The notes under the pieces are model-generated. The model had not been told where the DNA came from. It ran no database searches and worked only from the letters and a program-made list of their open reading frames with translations. A stretch of 63,246 bases of DNA, filler included, from Platydemus manokwari (Eukaryota): assembly GCA_037951405.1 (NCBI GenBank). It is 5 parts of 5 records of this genome, joined end to end, with 100 filler letters (N's around TTAATTAATTAA, not from the genome) between each part and the next. Parts side by side here need not be neighbours in the genome. Positions count along the whole stretch, not along the records: positions 44,057 to 63,246 come from JBBMOY010077789.1; 4 more parts are not named here. One strand, given 5' to 3'. The translations under genes and the position numbers were made by a program. Positions 57,094 through 63,246 of this stretch are shown here, one piece after another; position 1 is the stretch's first letter, and each line of letters starts with the position of its first letter.

Positions 57094-60000
57094 CTAGGGG
57101 TTAATCTATTGTTTGATAAGTATTGATTTGATTGTTTAATAGTTTGAGAGTTGGGGTTGAATAGGGTTTATCTCTAGTATTTCCAATTATTTTTTATAGT
57201 TGTATTCATTTCTCTAACGATTTGTAGTGAATACCTATTTAGGAATTTCATTTCTGATGCATTTTATAACTTCATTTTAACGAATAATATTCCAGGTAAA
57301 GCTTTTTAATAACTTTTAATCATAGATAGTCATAATAGAGTTCAGTTAAAAATCGTTTTAAAAATTATTTATAATAATTTTTTAAATACTATTTTCTAAT
57401 ATTTTTATTTACATTCAATGATATATGTCAGTTTTATTTAAAAATACGATAAATAATGAAAATTTACATGAAATTAAAATTATAAAAATTTAATAAATAT
57501 TTTTAAAAAAATATATTAAAAATAAATGTACGATATTGATATTTATAGAAGGATCTTGCTTAAAAAAATACTGTTAAACTCCCTATTTTAAAATTATTTT
57601 ATTTAATAAAAGTAAAATGTAAGTCTTTTAAATAAAAAACAGCTAACATTAAATGCGAGCATTTTCTTTTAAATTAAAAAGAAGACAAATCAGATGGAAA
57701 TAAATTTTTAATATTTTAAAATTTTTTTGGAAATTGAAGTTATGAAAAAAAAATTTTTTGCTCTGTTGAAAACATGGCTTTTGATTTGAATATGAAAGAC
57801 GAAGAAATTTCGGCAACTTACAGTATATAAATACACACTCGTAGTAAACATTTAAAAAATAACAAAGCGATAATTACATTGATTTTCTAAGCTTAAAAGT
57901 ATTGAATATTAAAACAATAATATCGATTTTTTAATCAAATTAAGAGCCTAACTATATAATAAGTTAAATAAATATTACTGATGGAATGAAATTTCATCAA
58001 TCAACATGACAAAATTTGATCGAGAATCATCGACATAAAACAATTCTTCATTACGGTTAAAGCATGAATTTTTATTCCTTAATTATTATCGATTTTTTAC
58101 ACTAAATAATTTTTAATTATAATTTTTAATAAAATTTTACTTTATTTATTTATATTTTTTAAATCTTTCCTTTGAGCCCGTTTTCTTTAGAGTCCAGCTG
58201 TAAATTTCCTCAATAAAATAACTTGTAGTGTAACTTATTAATTTTAAAGTAGTTACATATTTATTTTATATATTTTAACAATACCCGATTATAATAATTC
58301 AAATTATAATAATTTTTTGACAGTGAAGATTCCATTGACAATAGAATTCAGCATTACATTTAGTGATGATATTCAGGCTTTATTTGAAAGTCTTTCTCAC
58401 AAAAAACCAAAATACGAAAAATTTATTGTTGAAAATTGTAACAGTATAACGTTAAAAATCTCACCATCATATCATTCTGCAGACAGGGGAAAGATTTATT
58501 AATAGTTTTTATTATTTTCATTTATTTACTTGAAATCAGCCATATTAAATGTGACGACAGAAATAGATTTGGATTCAATGATTTTCAATTCAAGAAATTC
58601 CATTCGACAAGTCTCCTCGGAGAAAATTTTCGTTACAAATTGTGTGAAACACATGTAACGAAAAATTAAATATTAATCTGAAATTTCATATTTGAAATTG
58701 CGTTTCATTTTCAACTTCAATTTTAAAATGCTTACATTAACTCTGCTTGATAAATTTTAGATTTTCATTAGAATTGAAATTCAACTTTAAACATGGCCAC
58801 ACTAAACACAGATCTGGACCAGTAAAGTTTTATATTATTATCGAATAAATAAATAATTATTATGGCAAAGCATATTAATGAAATTTATTAAAAAAAAACC
58901 AAAAATCTTATGACAAATATTAATGAGATTCATTCATCCTAAAAAATGAGGCAAACAAATAATATTTTAATTTTTCAAGCCAAAAATATTTCTTTTACAG
59001 TTTTAATCGTCAATAATTATTTTCTTTGGCATTGCAGGTCGAATTTTAGTTTTAGTTTCCGTTTTAGTACTATTCCAAGAAATAACTACTTAGATTAGCA
59101 ACCAAACAACTACGATGAATTTCTTAGAACGAAGATAATTTATCCAAACATCGCACAATTGAGCAATGACTACTTTCCAAGGATCGATTTATGATAAAAA
59201 AAAATATAAATTAAAAAAAGATAAATAGTGTCGAGTATGTAAAAAATAACTTTAAAAAAATGTGAGAAAAATTCTAAAAGAATACCATTAATAATTTTCT
59301 TAAATAAAAAAATAAAAATTTATAGAATATTCTAGAATAATTTGTTTAAATCAATTAAGTAATGTGTGCGAGAACATCATAAAGAGTTTATTCTTGGGAA
59401 CAATGGGCAGTTAGAAGCCAATTGATATGACATTTTTTTAAAATAAATTTATGGAGTATTTTGATGAATTTTGGAATTATTTAGAACAATTGAGTGAAAT
59501 AAACTTTGTAACCTTTAATTCTCTTGGACTCAATAATATTATGACAAATGCATTGATGTTATAGCGGTGAAATTAAATGATTCTTACAGTTTTTTACGGT
59601 TTTGAAAAATGAGTGATATTTGGTCAGATAAAACGGAATTGGGTTGAATAGAAAATAATAAAAAGCGGATCACCTTGACAACATAATTAAAATCCAAAGA
59701 CCTTCTTTATTGGAGAAGTACTCATCTTGAATTAGTTCTTATATATTTTAAATACTTTGCATGAATTAAATCTTTGATTTAATCAGGTCTCTGGTACCAT
59801 AAAAAATCTGTGGAGGAATTGCAAACACACATGTGCTTAGACCAAAATGCAAACATACCCAATTACCAAGTTCAACGAAAATAAATTCTCTCATAAATAG
59901 ATAAACACCTAGTCTCAAATATCACCATTCATAGAAATCAGGAATTGGTCGGAAAGTTTTGTAAACACGGATGAAGAATGAGAATAAAATTCATGTACAA

Positions 60001-63000
60001 TCCATGTAGACTAGAAAAGACATTGGTTAATTCTATTTTAAAGATAAACATTTATTAGTACCCTATTTTTTCGACCGGAAACTATATATCCAAAAGATCT
60101 TTTAACTTCTTCATAAATCCCATAGAGTTAAAATTACATCAAGATCTCGATCGGTGAGGAATTTGATAAAAAATTTATAAAATGTTATAAATCCTAAAGG
60201 TCAAATCTAATAAGTAAGGCAGGTGTTCTCAATATTGTTATAAAAGGAAAGTAATTTATTAAAAAATATCAAACATATAAATGTAATTTTTTATCAAATG
60301 TTGTTCGAAAAGAAGAATTTGTTACTAAAAATAAATACGAGTAAGCTCCAAAAATACTGATGTAATGTTTAACGTAATTCTGTAATTTTATTTTTTTATT
60401 ATTCGTGAAAAAATTAGAACAATTTAATAATGGATTCCAATTACGTATTAGATTTAACTCCAAAGGATGAAAATAATCACGACGAAAGAGTTTTACGTAG
60501 AGAAATTAAATACACGCTATTCATTGGTAATCTTAAGTAGGCTTGCAAGCAAATCTTCATTCAATTTAAGGAGAAGATTAGAAATTGGTCTTAAAGATAT
60601 CAGAACAAGATGCTCAGACTTGTCTTTAAGAGACTGACAATTTATATTTACAACCGAAACTTAATTCCAAGACAGACATAATTTTGTTTTGATAGTTGTG
60701 ATTTGTTCTAGACTCGAGACACCAAAGAATAAAGAGACACCGACAAACATGAAAACCGTTGTATGATGATAATCTTTAAATATCTCATTTGTACAGGAAA
60801 ATCCACCGTTAAAGTTGACCGTTGTAAAATGATTAAATTTACTATTGCATTGACAAATCACATCATCCTCTGTGACAAATCGACATCGTGGATGAAATTG
60901 TTGATATCTTCCAACGAATTTTATTCTCATCAAAATGAGAACAAATTGGACCAAGATATTGATTAAATTGTAAGATATAAATATTTAATATATTTTTCCT
61001 TCCAACTTCCCATTTAGATTTGCTAATAATATTTATAAAATAAGCCTAGACAGTTATCGACAATATGTTTCATATATAAGTTGCGATAATTTTATAAGAC
61101 TTTACATTGCTTATTCCAATAAATATCCCATTTCAGATCATCAATGGAGCCGCTTGCAAGATAATAAACAATATCAAATGACTTTATAAGTAACACAGAT
61201 AATTAGAAGTTAGATAATTCGTTCTATTCGCTAATCTCAAATTTATAATTGTTAGAAATAAATAATTGTATCATCGACTGTGTTTGAATGTCTTAAACCG
61301 ATTAATTAATTAGACGAGTCTCCAAACATTTAACCACGAAGATGACATTGAATACATCTGCAACTTTTCAGCTGTCACAGCGAGAAGTAGCTGAATGCAA
61401 GCTCTATTGAAAGTACAAAACTTTGGGAAATTAATTTTAATAACGATGCACTATTTTTCAAAAATAAGCGGCATTCATTATCAGATTTTCTTTTCCTCAA
61501 TCAAGTTAAAATTAAAAAACCACGAGTAAATCGATAAATCATTATAAAATTTTCATAAACAAAAAATTAATGAACTTCTGTACCGAATTATTGAGTTTTC
61601 ACTGCACTACTGCATTCAAATTCGAGGACGATATGCTATAGTTCATATTCAACCCTTATTTTTCAAATTCACGGTCACTGCTGATCTTAATAAAAAATTT
61701 CTGCAATATAATTTTTTTCTAATTTTACATATTATGAGAATTATTTCAGTAAATAAATATATTTATATCTCAAAATGTTAGCATTTATTTATTTGGAGAT
61801 TGCTATAATTGATGGACGCGCATCCAAATATTTTTCCACTAACTGGATTAAATCAAAAAGCACACCATATTTTAAGCAATCTCATTTTTAACAATATTTT
61901 CTGATTTCTCTGAATTTTTTGATTTGATTGAAAAAATTTCTATTTATGATTTAACAAAATTTTGATTTTTTTGAGACCGAATTATAATAACCATCACAAA
62001 ATATGTTTTGATGGGGAAATCAGGAATTTAAAGATGTATAAGGAATTTAAGGAGTTTCGAAAAAATCACAATTAAATTGGTTATGCCATATAGATTAAGT
62101 TCTCTACTTAGTGTTGAGTAAAGACGTATGTCACACAAAAATATGATTTTAGCAACATAAACACTTGTTTTGACTCTTTACACATATACATGCCTACAAA
62201 ATCTCACAGGCATAATAGTTAGCCAATCAAAGATGATATAAATGTGTTACGAATATTTACTGACGTTAAATCACTAGATTATAATTAATAATTTTTCACA
62301 GAAAACCAAAGTGTGAAATCATTCTCTCAGTAGTAAATCAATAATAAACACAAAGCTTGATTGGCACCCTAACAATAAATAGCAACGATGATAACAACCA
62401 TAAAGACTTGTTAGAAGAAAATCAGTTAGAAGTCACACAGATAACAGTTACCGACCAATAAAGACTGAAGTATGGTAGCGAGATTCAAGGAATATAGGCT
62501 TATCATTTGTATTTGCTTGATGAAACAAAGCTTTACTTTTCATTCGATAGGGTTTAATAGCAATTTTTGTATCTTCCGTGTCATTGGCGTAACTCAATGT
62601 TTATTACTTGTTGTTGGTGAGCACTAACTGATTATCAAGTTCTATATGTTGATTTGTTTATAGAAAGAACTTGATTGGCCACTAATACGTGGGTTTATTG
62701 AATCCATGTGTAGCTACTCGTTGAGTGTTTTTCCGTGGTTTCCATGAACATTTGTCTGTTTTTATGACATATTCAATAAATGAAAGATTCCAATTCGGTA
62801 AAAGGTCACGACTACACCGACAACAGACACAGAGATTGATTGTCGAAATAGAATTGATTGGAGAAATAAAATACCAAATTAAAATGTAACACACAAAGAA
62901 CATACAAACTTCAAGTATATATGACAGTACAAAGTAAAGCTATTACCAGTTGTAAGTCAATTAGAGTTGAGCCCATTGTTGTAGTAGCTAGTTGAAGTGG

Positions 63001-63246
63001 CTAATCGTTATTCACTGCGAATGACAGTGCTTCATAGCACCGATTCCTCAAAAATATACATTGTAATCTTCACTTCCTTTTTGATATAACCAATCAGATA
63101 TGACTCTATCTTTAGCAATGTTATCAATAAAAATGAACGAAATTGTTTTGATATTGTTAATCTAATTTTTAGAATTGAATAACCCATGATTAGGATTTGA
63201 AATTTCATTGATCCAGATTCCGCAAATGATAAATGAGGATAAATTA

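Overview
AT-rich metazoan genomic DNA with GT-AG introns, mostly 45-57 nt in the compact genes. A flatworm or other lophotrochozoan source is a guess from composition and protein style. The window is not one continuous locus. Four identical 100-bp spacers (44 N + TTAATTAATTAA + 44 N) split it into five contigs, and three genes are cut at these joins. Well-supported content: (1) a complete 10-exon importin-beta gene on the minus strand; (2) a complete 7-exon phosphoglucomutase, preceded in tandem by the last three exons of a divergent (~50% identical) but intact second PGM with the same intron positions and far longer introns; (3) the first coding exon of a Shal/Kv4 potassium channel, head-to-head with an orphan ORF; (4) the last coding exon of a SARA/endofin (ZFYVE9/16) gene; (5) a decayed but fully delimited Ty3/Gypsy element with ~95-bp LTRs; (6) a 4-exon SUPT7L/Bromo_TP-like gene that the ORF track shows only in pieces. 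There are also several MITE/hAT ends and older retroelement debris. I saw no rRNA, tRNA or CRISPR array and cannot support a wholly new biological system. The best leads are the asymmetric PGM tandem pair and the ultra-compact LTR element.
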